From an uncultured delta proteobacterium (GTDB lineage Bacteria; Desulfobacterota; WTBG01; CAIYCZ01; CAIRTM01), in assembly GCA_963804955.1 (NCBI GenBank), contig CAWDSQ010000020.1, positions 96,001 through 160,000 of the forward strand: a DNA stretch of 64,000 bases, written 5' to 3'. Of this stretch, positions 1 through 9,475 are shown piece by piece. Numbering within the stretch: position 1 is the first letter of the stretch; the number at the start of each line of letters is the position of its first letter. The position numbers and the translations under genes are program-made. The notes under the pieces were generated by a model that did not search any database, had not been told where the DNA came from, and worked only from the letters and a program-made list of their open reading frames with translations.

Positions 1-1
1 T

Positions 2-163
2 GCTGATGCTGAAATGCGCTTCACCGGCATAATAGAATTTGATCCTCATTTGGGCAGCATTGTCGAAAGAACATTCACCCTGGCAAAAACAAGCACTCTG
101 ATTGCCGTTAAAGTTGACGAGAGCGGCATTGCGTTTTCAGATCCATCATTGCTTTTACTCTAG
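2..163 (+). CDS. 3' end of a hypothetical protein (partial, runs off the window edge)
   Basis: Open frame ADAEMRFTGIIEFDPHLGSIVERTFTLAKTSTLIAVKVDESGIAFSDPSLLLL*, stop TAG at 161-163. Confidence 0.5.
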   Translation, partial: ADAEMRFTGIIEFDPHLGSIVERTFTLAKTSTLIAVKVDESGIAFSDPSLLLL

Positions 164-246
164 CAGGTGGACCCCCATTGAACTAAAAAATCAAGCAATC
201 AGAGGCGGGCAGGGCATATTCCCCAGGTCGCAGACCTAGCATACCC

Positions 247-309
247 TCATTCCGGCGAAAGCCGGAATTCAGAAAAAAGCAGACTGATGCCGGATCAAGT
301 ACTGCATGA
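247..309. repeat. REP-like double-hairpin element, copy 1 (degenerate second hairpin)
   Basis: ATTCCGGC-GAAA-GCCGGAAT ... ATGCCGGA-TCAAG-TACTGCAT; matches copy at 6032-6099. Confidence 0.75.
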
Positions 310-481
310 GAAAAACCTGGAAGGGTTCTGGGGCTTTCAAAAAATCGAACAAATAGCATGCTAAAAATTACACTTGCCATTCTTTCTATTTGACATACAA
401 TCATTTTACTTTTTAATATATCCCATCTGCCCTGCTTGATTCTTAAATTTTCAACCTTGAACTTTGAACAGGAGTTGCCCC

Positions 482-721
482 ATGCAGCAGAAAGAAATTA
501 CTCTCACCTTTGATCTTGATGTTGAAGAGGAGCAGCGCGTCTATACAGCGCTCATGAACCTGCCGGAATTCTACAAGCTTGATCTTTCAAAAGCCCTGAT
601 CCGTTTTGTCAATAATCTGGTTTCCGGCATGGCAGAGTGCGAAGAGCGCAAAAACCAGTGCGAAGGAATTCTAAAGGCTGTGGTGGGCAGTGTGCCTAAA
701 GGAAAAAAAATGTGGAATTAG
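482..721 (+). CDS. Small hypothetical protein (79 aa), possibly ribbon-helix-helix-like
   Basis: AGGAG RBS before ATG 482; MQQKEITLTFDLDVEEEQRVYTALMNLP... Confidence 0.7.
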   Translation: MQQKEITLTFDLDVEEEQRVYTALMNLPEFYKLDLSKALIRFVNNLVSGMAECEERKNQCEGILKAVVGSVPKGKKMWN

Positions 722-785
722 TTGAATAGTTGAATTAGTTTGATTGGTTGAATTAGTTCAATTGGTTGGATTGGTTCAATGGGTG
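715..785. repeat. Tandem 9-mer array (8 units, consensus about GAATTRGTT)
   Basis: gaattagtt gaatagtt gaattagtt tgattggtt gaattagtt caattggtt ggattggtt caatgggtg. Confidence 0.85.
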
Positions 786-793
786 TTTTTTAA

Positions 794-841
794 TTCTGAA
801 TTCTGACTTCTGGATTCTGAATCTAACTCTGAACTCTGACT
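794..841. repeat. Tandem heptamer array (TTCTGAM-like, about 7 units)
   Basis: ttctgaa ttctgac ttctgga ttctgaa tctaac tctgaac tctgact. Confidence 0.8.
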
Positions 842-883
842 AGTGAATGCCGAACCACTGTATTTCTATATAAGGAGTACCCC

Positions 884-1561
884 ATGAACATAGTTGCCGT
901 AAACGGAAGCCCCATCCGGGGCGAAGGGCTGCACAGGCCGTCTGCTGTGCGGCCCTGATTGATGGCGCTCGTGAAGCAGGCGCAGCGGTTACGCTGTTTG
1001 AACTAGGCCAGCTCACTGTCAAACCCTGCACAAGCTGCCGCACCTGTCAGCGGGTCGGCACCTGCGTTATCGAGGATGATTACCCGAAGATACAGGCTGC
1101 CCTGATAGCGGCTGACGGCATAGTGCTTGCCAGCCCCAACTATATATCCAGTGTCAGCGCCCAGATGAAAGCGCTTTTGGACCGCTGCTTCAGCATGTTC
1201 CACACCCAGGCGCTGCACGGGAAATACGGCGCCGGCGTCGTGGCCTCAGGCGGCCCCATGTGCCAGATGACGGAAGAATATCTGATGCATGTCATTGGCA
1301 GCATCGGCTGCTGGAAAGTAGGCAGTGTGGTCAACCGGCGGAGGCGTGCTTGACGATCCCGCCCAGGCGCCGGACGTGCTCAAAGAGGCCCGCGATCTCG
1401 GCGCCAGGCTCGCAGATGCCATTGAAACCAGGAAGCGTTTCCCCGAGCAAACCGATGAGCGGGAGCAGTCTTTTGAAATTATGCGCTGGCTGGTTAGTGA
1501 GCATAAGGACATGTGGCCCTATGAATTTGAATACTGGCAGAAGCACTGGAGCACGAGCTGA
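884..1561 (+). CDS. Iron-sulfur flavoprotein / NADPH-dependent FMN reductase (flavodoxin family); frameshifted
   Basis: TAAGGAG RBS; MNIVAVNGSP start, PCTSCRTCQRVGTC Cys motif, LASPNY...SAQMKALLDR; indels near 915-950 and 1335. Confidence 0.85.
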
Positions 1562-1693
1562 TTAGGGGGGGCTCAGTTTTTTCTTTTTTTGCCCTTGAGA
1601 ATATTATGAGGGTTATCTCGTAGTGTCATATGGCGATATGCCCGTTCTCCCGTAGGGGCAGATTGCGTTACTCATTCTTGTTTGATGTGTTTT

Positions 1694-1735
1694 CCTCCCT
1701 CTCCGCCATGAATGGGGGAGAGGGCAGGGGTGAGG
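1694..1735. repeat. Palindromic REP-like element (CCCTCTCC...GGAGAGGG family)
   Basis: cctccctctccgccatgaatgggggagagggcaggggtgagg; related copy at 28591-28653. Confidence 0.65.
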
Positions 1736-1814
1736 TGGCTGATTATTGCTGAATAGCATGGCACCAGTCGCTGCGCTTGAGTCACAGAGTGATATTGAAA
1801 AAATGCAGACGACA

Positions 1815-1846
1815 TTTATTTTTCGCCATCTCCGGCGAAAAATAAA
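1815..1846. repeat. Perfect 13-bp inverted repeat inside a CACAGAG...CTCTGTG-bounded element
   Basis: tttatttttcgcc-atctcc-ggcgaaaaataaa. Confidence 0.75.
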
Positions 1847-1903
1847 ATCTCATGCACTCTGTGCTCTTTGCGCCTCTGCGGTGCATTTAGCTAATTTTTT
1901 TAC

Positions 1904-1938
1904 TTCTGAACGCTTCTGACTACTGACTTCCTGAATTC
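1904..1938. repeat. Second TTCTGAM heptamer tract
   Basis: ttctgaa cgc ttctgac tactgac ttcctgaa ttc. Confidence 0.6.
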
Positions 1939-1963
1939 TTTTTTTTCTCATGGAGTTCCACCT

Positions 1964-2620
1964 ATGCCTGTGCTCCATAAGTACAAAAACAGAAATGAAT
2001 ATTACATCCTCACCATGATCGGCAAAGCCGTGGCAACCTTCCATTTAAAACCGGAAGGCTACCGGAAACTGGCGGCTGCAGGCATTAAAAAGGGCGCAAC
2101 CTTCCCCCGGGCCCTGCTGCTTGATTTATACCGCGTGGGCGATGCCTATACGCATGAGCCCGTACCCGGCGATGCCGAGAGCAAACAGCCAAAACTCCAG
2201 CTCAAACTCGATTTCCCCGATGACCCCGAACCCGCAAGCCTGTTTCCGCACTGTTCAGCCTGCTCGTCGGTAGATGACCTGCATGTTGTTGAAATAAAGC
2301 AGCCTGAGCATATAGCCTCTATTCTCTGCGCTGCCTGCCGCGCAAAAAAGATAATCGATTCCAGCATCCCGCTGCCTTTTGTAACCTGTGATATATTGTC
2401 CCGGCTGCTCAAAATGAAAAAAATTCACAAAGTAGATATCTCTGTTCTTTCCTATCAAAAACTGCTCAACGCGGAGTTCGAAACCAAATGGGATCATGTT
2501 TTGAAAAACAAGCCGCAGCAGACAAAGCTGTTTGATACAGAGGATAAAAAGCAGAAAAAGCTCGCAGCCAGGACGAAAAGACTGATAGCGTGGGGGAAGC
2601 CAAAGGATTACCTCGAGTAA
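1964..2620 (+). CDS. Hypothetical protein with CxxC...CxxC zinc finger
   Basis: 218-aa ORF, GGAG RBS, CSAC...CAAC; QLKLDF and QTKLF motifs. Confidence 0.8.
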   Translation: MPVLHKYKNRNEYYILTMIGKAVATFHLKPEGYRKLAAAGIKKGATFPRALLLDLYRVGDAYTHEPVPGDAESKQPKLQLKLDFPDDPEPASLFPHCSACSSVDDLHVVEIKQPEHIASILCAACRAKKIIDSSIPLPFVTCDILSRLLKMKKIHKVDISVLSYQKLLNAEFETKWDHVLKNKPQQTKLFDTEDKKQKKLAARTKRLIAWGKPKDYLE

Positions 2621-2901
2621 CTTTAAAAGAAATTTAGCCACCCCCGACTAAAATTATCATTTCATAACATCCCACCATTCCTAAAAATCCTATCGATGTT
2701 CCACCCATAATCAATATTTTTTCAATAGTGACTTGTAAAATTTTGTCGGTTTATCGGGAAATAACTCTCAATTCCATCAGCTACATTGCGCGGAGCGGGG
2801 CACGTCTTTCGATTCGGTCACCCAACCCGGGTTTAAAAAAAGGTGACAGGCACAGGTTTTTGAAGCTAATAGAAGAAGCTTGCAAACAAACATCTTGTAT
2901 G

Positions 2902-2917
2902 GTACTTAAATAAGTAC
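2902..2917. promoter_or_regulatory. Putative TA autoregulatory operator
   Basis: Perfect palindrome GTACTTA-AA-TAAGTAC ending 26 bp upstream of the antitoxin start. Confidence 0.65.
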
Positions 2918-2943
2918 TCAATAAGGTTTTAAAGTATGCGCAT

Positions 2944-3216
2944 ATGAATACCATACCGGCACAGGAAATAAAGCGAAGGGGCATTGCAGCCGTGGATGAC
3001 GCTATCGACAGGGGCGATGTGCATGTCATCAGAAACAACCAGCCGCAGTACGTGGTGATGAGCGAAGAACGCTACCAGTCGCTGATTGCGGCTGAAGAGG
3101 AGGCTCATTACGGACGCGTGAAGGCGGCGCTTGGGGAGGTAAAAGCCGGGAAGGTTAAAAAATTCAAAACCGCCGGAGAGCTGCTGAAAGCCATTGAAGC
3201 AGGGGCAGCAGATTAG
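2944..3216 (+). CDS. Type II antitoxin, Phd/YefM family
   Basis: MNTIPAQEIK...GDVHVIRNNQPQYVVMSEERY, Phd-like N-terminus; overlaps toxin start. Confidence 0.9.
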   Translation: MNTIPAQEIKRRGIAAVDDAIDRGDVHVIRNNQPQYVVMSEERYQSLIAAEEEAHYGRVKAALGEVKAGKVKKFKTAGELLKAIEAGAAD

Positions 3217-3491
3217 TGTACTGCATTGTTACTCCGGAACGGTTTTTGCGGCAGGCGCGGGTGTTTTTCAAGCGCCATCCGGATCTTACAGAACGCTTCA
3301 AGAAAGTTATTTTCGACCTGCAGAAAGACCCCTTTGCGCCGCACCTGAAGCTGCATCCCCTGAAGGGCCGGCTCGAAGGCTGCTATGCATGCAGCCTTAC
3401 CTACAGCTACCGTATTACTCTCACCGTTGCGCTGGTTGAAAAGCAGCTCATTTTGCTCGACATCGGCAGCCATGACGAAGTGTATCGTTAA
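3216..3491 (+). CDS. Type II toxin, RelE/YafQ-like mRNA interferase
   Basis: DPFAPHLKLHPLKGRLEG...SYRI...LLDIGSHDEVY. Confidence 0.9.
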   Translation: MYCIVTPERFLRQARVFFKRHPDLTERFKKVIFDLQKDPFAPHLKLHPLKGRLEGCYACSLTYSYRITLTVALVEKQLILLDIGSHDEVYR

Positions 3492-3756
3492 GTGCCAACC
3501 AGGGTACGTTATTGACAAAGCGCACAAACTAAAACTCATTTACACTCTGCACCCAAAAAAAAGATTCCGGGCAAGCCGGAATGAGAAAGTTATTAATATA
3601 TTTTTTTCACAAGCAGATTGAGGCATGCCCCTCTAAACCGGCAGTGAATAATCCGCATATTTTATCTTGCATTTGCCCCGCATGGAATATATTAAATTTT
3701 CAGGAGCTAGCTGTATTCCCGTCTGATTACCTAAACCCTAAATGGAGGAACGAGCA

Positions 3757-3945
3757 ATGGCGGATCAGAAATGCACGGGCGATCACAAAAAGCATATCTG
3801 CGAGTTAGCGGCGGAGAAAAAATTCGAGGCCATTAAGCAGATGATCCTGAACCCGAAGTACATTTGCGCCAACTGCGGCCGGGCGGCAGATTCCGACGAG
3901 AACCTGTGCAACCCGGTGCATATCAATCAGCTCGGGTTTATGTAG
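3757..3945 (+). CDS. Small Cys/His-rich protein (62 aa), putative metal-binding
   Basis: GGAGG RBS; HIC...YICANCGRAA...LCNP. Confidence 0.8.
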   Translation: MADQKCTGDHKKHICELAAEKKFEAIKQMILNPKYICANCGRAADSDENLCNPVHINQLGFM

Positions 3946-4124
3946 CATGCCTCCCGCAGAAGAGGGATGTTCCGGCTCGACAGCCGGTGCAGGGCATAAA
4001 GCGGTATTAAAGGTAACAGCGACTTTTTATTAGTTGCTGGCAGCTAAGGGTTATCCATGAGTAAATCAATACCCCTCTGAGGTGCGCAGGTAATACTGCC
4101 GGGAGGGCAGGGCAGCATGGTGCG

Positions 4125-4156
4125 GCCGGTGGTGTGGTAGCCACCGGCTTTTTTTT
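4125..4156 (+). terminator. Rho-independent terminator
   Basis: gccggtgg-tgtggtag-ccaccggc followed by T8. Confidence 0.8.
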
Positions 4157-4211
4157 GCGAAAGCATGCCCGTCAGTGGAACTTTTGTGACCTATCGTAAA
4201 CGTATTCAGAT

Positions 4212-5239
4212 TTAGACGCAATATTTGATGAGTATGTTCAGTAATTGCTCAAGCTCATCATCGCTGATCTCCTGTAGTTTTTTTGTTAAAATTTGCCCCG
4301 AGGAAACATCTTCAGTATCAAAACTATACTCCAGTAACTGTACAGCCTTTAATTGCTCGACCAAAAGGTCTCTTTCGCTGGATGCACCGGGGTAATGTTT
4401 TTTATTAAAAAAACAATACAGAGATCCGTCTGCAAAAAAGGAAAATATACGATACCCGTTTTTTCCCTGAACCCCGAAAGTAGGGTTAAAAGCGGCTGCC
4501 TGCATGAAAACCCCTTTTGCAGCAGCCCAATCAAGAACTTTTTGCAATTGCAGGCCTAAGTTCTCATTTTCATAATCTGCATAAGCTGTTTTCAGCTTCT
4601 CCTGTGTCCATTTTGTTTTGACAGGATTTTTTTTATCAAGCGTTAATTGTGTTTGTCCTGATAAGCCTGCTGCTAGCGGTAAATCTTGAGAATTTTCCCG
4701 TAACTTTTCAGCTCCAAGGCAAGTATTTCTGCGTTTCGCAGTTCTTTGTTAAGATATTCGATCATTTTGCTGACTTCAGGTCTCAGTTCATCAGTTGCAA
4801 TAATAAGACGTATGGCGCCATTGCGCAGGTTTTCTTCAACCGTCGTCCAAAAAGCAGCATTGTCAAAATCTTCTGCGCCGAATTCCTCTATAATAACATC
4901 GTCCAGGTTTTTACCCCTGTTGTTCCAAAACTCAATTGCTCTTTGTTTTGCTTTTCCATCACCACAACATTCAAAAGCATTGGCCGCATATTCTATAATC
5001 CGACCGATTGCTTCATGACCTGATTCGGGATTTTGCAACAATTTCGCTTCAACAAAAGTTGCTATCCCGTTCTGATCCACAAAAAGATGATCTGATGAAC
5101 CGCCTGCAACGGGTATTTCTCTGCTGAGAAGGACGAATCGGGGTGGGGCATTGTTTCCGGAATAGATTTGCTTGCCGGGAATTTTCAGTGGATACTTAAC
5201 CAGGATAGTTTCTAAAGCATCTACAAGTTTTTTGCCCAT
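4212..5239 (-). CDS. PD-(D/E)xK (NucS/DUF91-like) nuclease-domain protein; one frameshift near 4690
   Basis: REIPV...DHLFVDQNG...FVEAK...AIGRIIEYA; the 4212 ORF frame stays open up to the junction (SQDLPLAAGLSGQTQLTLDKK...). Confidence 0.7.
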
Positions 5240-5527
5240 AATCCATCCCTCATTTATTGAAATAGCATTAAGGAAACCTGGTCAACGCTTACATATAGGC
5301 CAGCACTATCCAGTGGCTGTTCTTTTGAAGTATTGGATATTCAGGGCGGGTCATCGGCAGCTTTTATTAAAATTTTTCAGTCGTCGGTGCTGGATATTCA
5401 CAGCCCTATGCATAACAAATTATCATACCTATATCCAGATATTTGCGGTTATTGACATTGCTGTTGTTTTTGATACAAATCTTACCCGGCATATGTACTG
5501 AATTAATTTTCTGATGGAGCAAGGACA

Positions 5528-6004
5528 ATGAAGCTGATAACATCCCGAATGATAGACGGTTTAATCGATACAGCAGAGAAATCGCCGAGGCTGCGGACTA
5601 ATTACAATATTCACGAATCCTTATCCGACCCCGTGCAGCGATTGTTTATCGCAGCCGCACCCTCGACCTATTTCCGGCCTCACCGGCATCTGGGGAAATG
5701 CGAGTTTGCCATCGTCATTCGAGGCCTTTTTGACATACTTTTTTTTGATGACGCAGGCGTCGTCACCGGGCGGGTTTCCATTGGCGCGAATACGGACATA
5801 TTTGCCCTGGAAATTCCATCCAACGTTTGCCATACCTGGATATCCATGGCGGAACAGTCTGTTTTTTTCGAGGTGAAGCAGGGGCCTTATGATCCCGAAA
5901 CCTCCCTCGTTTTTGCGCCATGGGCACCGGAAGAAGGCTCTGCACAGGTTAAGGAATTTCAGGCAAAGCTCCTCGCCGCCTGTATTGGCGAACGGTTTGC
6001 GTGA
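5528..6004 (+). CDS. WbuC-family cupin-fold metalloprotein
   Basis: SPRLRTNYNIHESLSDPVQR...RPHRH...HT...FFEVKQGPY. Confidence 0.9.
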   Translation: MKLITSRMIDGLIDTAEKSPRLRTNYNIHESLSDPVQRLFIAAAPSTYFRPHRHLGKCEFAIVIRGLFDILFFDDAGVVTGRVSIGANTDIFALEIPSNVCHTWISMAEQSVFFEVKQGPYDPETSLVFAPWAPEEGSAQVKEFQAKLLAACIGERFA

Positions 6005-6031
6005 AGAACCAGCAATTATTGCGCGCATGCC

Positions 6032-6099
6032 GCCATTCCGTCGAAAGACGGAATCCAGAAAAAAAGCCGGCTGGATGCCGGATTAAGTCCGGCATGACG
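6032..6099. repeat. REP-like double-hairpin element, copy 2 (intact)
   Basis: ATTCCGTC-GAAA-GACGGAAT ... ATGCCGGA-TTAAG-TCCGGCAT. Confidence 0.8.
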
Positions 6100-6349
6100 A
6101 AACAACTTAAATGTACCATTATGTGCGATATGCCGTCTTTTTTTAGCAGTTCAGCAGACAACAGATAACCCAGTAGAGTAATCACTAAACGCAGCCCCGG
6201 GCTCCTTAGCGCACTTAAATTTCATGTTTAAAATAGGCGCAACACCTGCCCGTAACCCCCTTTTCGCTTGTTGCATTTCACCACTGCTCAGCTATATTTT
6301 ATAGTGAGAGGGGCACTATACTTAACCTTTTTTATACAGGAGGTGTGGT

Positions 6350-7162
6350 ATGGCTATTATAACAATTTCCAGACAATTTGGCAGTCAGGGTACCTGGATC
6401 GCCCAAAAACTGGCGGAAGTGCTCTCCTACAGCCTTCTTGATAAGGAGGTACTGCTGCCCATGATGACTGAGCAGGGCATAACTGACATTGAAAAGTACG
6501 ATGAAAAGAAGCCGAAATTCTGGGATTCCATCGTCATGGACAGGTTTATGTATATTCATGCTCTGCAGACGGTTGTTTACAAATTTGCACGGCAAGACAA
6601 TTGCATCATTGTTGGCAGGGGCGGGCAGTTTCTGCTGGGGCGGGTTGCCGGAATTTTGAAAGTCAGTGTGGTTGCGCCGCTTGAGCTTCGCATACAGCGG
6701 TTGCAGGCCAGGCTCAACTGCAGCCGGGGTGAAGCGGAAATGCAGGTGCGCCACAATGACGAAAATCGTCAGGGATTCCATCATTTTTTCTTCGATATCG
6801 ACTGCGATGCGCCGGAGCTGTATGACCTGGTTATTAACACTGCCAGTCTTTCGGTTGACAAGGCTGTTGAGCTCATTGAGGACGCGCTTTTCTCGGAAGA
6901 ATTGCCGCATACCGTGAAGCTACACTGCACAAGCTTGACGATTTCTGCCTTGGCCAGGAGGTGATGAAAAACATTACGTTGTAAAAAAAGAATATCCTCA
7001 CCCTACCTTGATGCCTCGGTTGAAGACGGCGTGGTGACACTGAATGGCGGCGTAATAAGTTGGAACGATGTTGATGTATGCGAACATGCGGCCGGTGAAA
7101 TACCGGGCGTAAAAAAAGTGATAAATAAAATTAATTTTATCAACCCCTGGGGTATTGCCTGA
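6350..7162 (+). CDS. Cytidylate kinase-like family protein with C-terminal BON domain; frameshifted
   Basis: AGGAGG RBS; IITISRQFGSQG, IVGRGG, YDLVINT; downstream frame ASVEDGVVTLNG...IPGVKKVINKI, stop at 7162. Confidence 0.8.
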
Positions 7163-7184
7163 AACAAACAGTACAGATGCTTGG

Positions 7185-7229
7185 CGGGCCGATGCTTTTC
7201 TGATTGTACAGCCATCGGCCCGTTTTTTT
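7185..7229 (+). terminator. Rho-independent terminator
   Basis: cgggccgatg...catcggcccg followed by T7. Confidence 0.7.
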
Positions 7230-7342
7230 CAGTTGTCCTTGAGTTGAAAAAAAGATAAATTTCCCACTAGTGGTATTCATTATCCGGACTGTCGAAATAA
7301 GGGCTTACGCTGGAAAACATGCTTTGCATTATACGTTTTATT

Positions 7343-9444
7343 ATGAGTCGATCTGATCTTATTACAGTTTCCATATTTTTATATATGGCCATTATGCTTT
7401 CAGGCACTGTTGTCAAACCGGCGCAGGCGGGAACTCCGCAGCAAGACCCTGCCGGTGCTTTCAATTTTCCGCTCATGCGGGACAATGGCGGGCATATGCG
7501 CAAGCTTGTTGAGAACTGCTTCTCTATGTGCGGCCGCAGACCGGCATAATCGATCCGGCCTCGGGATACCCCTATGAGGGCTGGAACCAGGAGCCTGAAA
7601 AAGGGTTGTACCTTCGATCCTTCACCCAGCTGACTGCCATCGGGTCATGGATTGAGCTGCTTGCAAATATCGCGGCAGGATATGCCGATAACCCGTATCT
7701 TTCACGGCAGGATGCTCTCGCAAGCCTTGAGAATGCTGTAAAGAGCCTGCGCGAAGATCAGCGCAATCCGCGGGTTGCGGCAAAGGGGCTTCTGGTAAAT
7801 TTTCTTGATCTTGAAGGGGGCACAAGGAAAGGGCCTCTGGAGGAAACGGTTGACCGGCAGAAGTTTATTGACGCCTTCGGAGACAAGACAGGCGGCACGA
7901 TCTGGCAGGCCCTGCAGGAAAAGGGCTGGATTGCGTTCTGAACGGGGCGGCCTTGTCGGCCGCGTTATAAGAACCGGGCAGTACGGCTCTGCGCATTTTA
8001 CCGGACACCTTGCGCCTTTTGCCGATGAGAAGACAAAAGCGGCTATCATGCGCATTCTTGATGCCCGGGCTGTGACTGTTGTGTTCGGCGACAATGTGAA
8101 CCTGACAGCCGCGCTGGCAAAATCCATTGGCGCATTGTTAAGTCCCGGCATCAAAGACAACCCGCAGGCTGTCAGGCTCAGGGCTGAGATGGAACTTTTC
8201 ATAGAAGCGCAGGCCGGTGGGTACCGCAGCCTGTATGATGAGAAATCAGGCACACTTACCTTCGGTTGGGACGCAGGCAAAAACCGGTATCTGGGCTGGG
8301 ATGACGGAACCGGCAACTGGGTCACCGGACGCATGAACTATCTGATAAACGAATTTCGCGGGCCGTGGATTTTTTCCGTCCTGCGGTACGGCCTGCCTCT
8401 GGAATCGATACTGAATGCAGGCTTCAAAATAAAACCATACCACGACGCAAAAGGTACTGTCATCTACGGCCTCTGCGCCTGGGACGGTTCGGCCTTTCAG
8501 CTGCTTGGGTTTTAATCTCTTTATGGGAGAGATGCGAGAGCCCCGGCTGGAGGGCCTGCCTGGAGCGGCTTGTCGACATCGAGCTTGACTACTCGCGCCG
8601 CAACGGGCTTCCGGGATTTTTATCCGAGGCCTATTCAGGCAATGGTGTTGAATATACCGGGTACATAGGAATCCCTGAAGTTGCTGTAACAAACAGGGAG
8701 CTTATTACCTATGCCCCGTCACTCTACACGCTGGGCGTCGGCTACGCACTGGCGCCGGAGAAGCTGGAAGCATTTCTTTCGACAAACTGGTCTGTTATTT
8801 CAACGCTGCTCACCGACCACGGCCCGTGGGAGGGCTACAATACCAGGAACAAAGCGCCTGTGCGCTGCCAGACCACAACGCATACGCTGTCGCTCATACT
8901 TGCCGCGCTGGGAACAGCCGATGCAAACATGCGCCGGTATCTTGATATGAAAGGCCTGACTGCTGCGCTGAGCAGGCTGTATAAGACAGGCCCGGATAGT
9001 CGATATCCTGAACATGAGCACGCAGCCTGTTGCCTGGACCGCTGACGGAAGCCCCGTGGCATTCAGGAAAGACGGCGCCGGCGGCATTTTTGAAGCCGAT
9101 TTCAAGGATGCCGGGGGGATGGTCTTTTCCGCGATGCAGGAGCAGGGCATAAATATTTCAGGCGGCATGCTGCGCCTGCGCTACCGTTCTGCCACTGCTG
9201 TCAAAAATAGCCCGCATCACCTGTAAGCGGCAGCACCCGGCGACAAAGGCCCTTGAAATCGATACCGGTAGAGTTATTTGTTGAAATAAAAAAGACAGGT
9301 GAGAAGGAAGAATCAATTGAAATCTGCCTGCCTGCCACGCCCTCCCTGCAGAAGGTGCATGAAATAGCTCTTGAGTTTGGTGAGCAGGGGCAGAGAACAA
9401 AGGTGAGTATGACACTGACTGCCTTTGCGTTCAAACCGCTTTAA
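7343..9444 (+). CDS. Secreted glycoamylase-like (PF10091/GH144-GH189-related) glycoside hydrolase; multiple frameshifts
   Basis: Signal peptide ending AQA; SGYPYE, FTQLTAIG, AWDGSAFQLL, GFLSEAY, HGPWEGYN motifs across consecutive ORF fragments. Confidence 0.6.
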
Positions 9445-9475
9445 TCTGTAACACGCTTTTGGTCGTGAGCCGGGT

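Noticed and set aside
715..841. CRISPR array
   Set aside because: Units are 7-9 bp with no spacers, and no cas genes are in the window
4049..4125. SAM-I riboswitch (TTATCC..GAG, GAGGG, GGTGC fragments)
   Set aside because: Element spacing is wrong, GCAACC and the P1 3' strand are missing, and there is no downstream same-strand gene
7939..7941. TGA recoding (selenocysteine or alternative genetic code) at ORF breaks
   Set aside because: At the breaks examined the protein continues in a different frame, so these are indels and not readthrough
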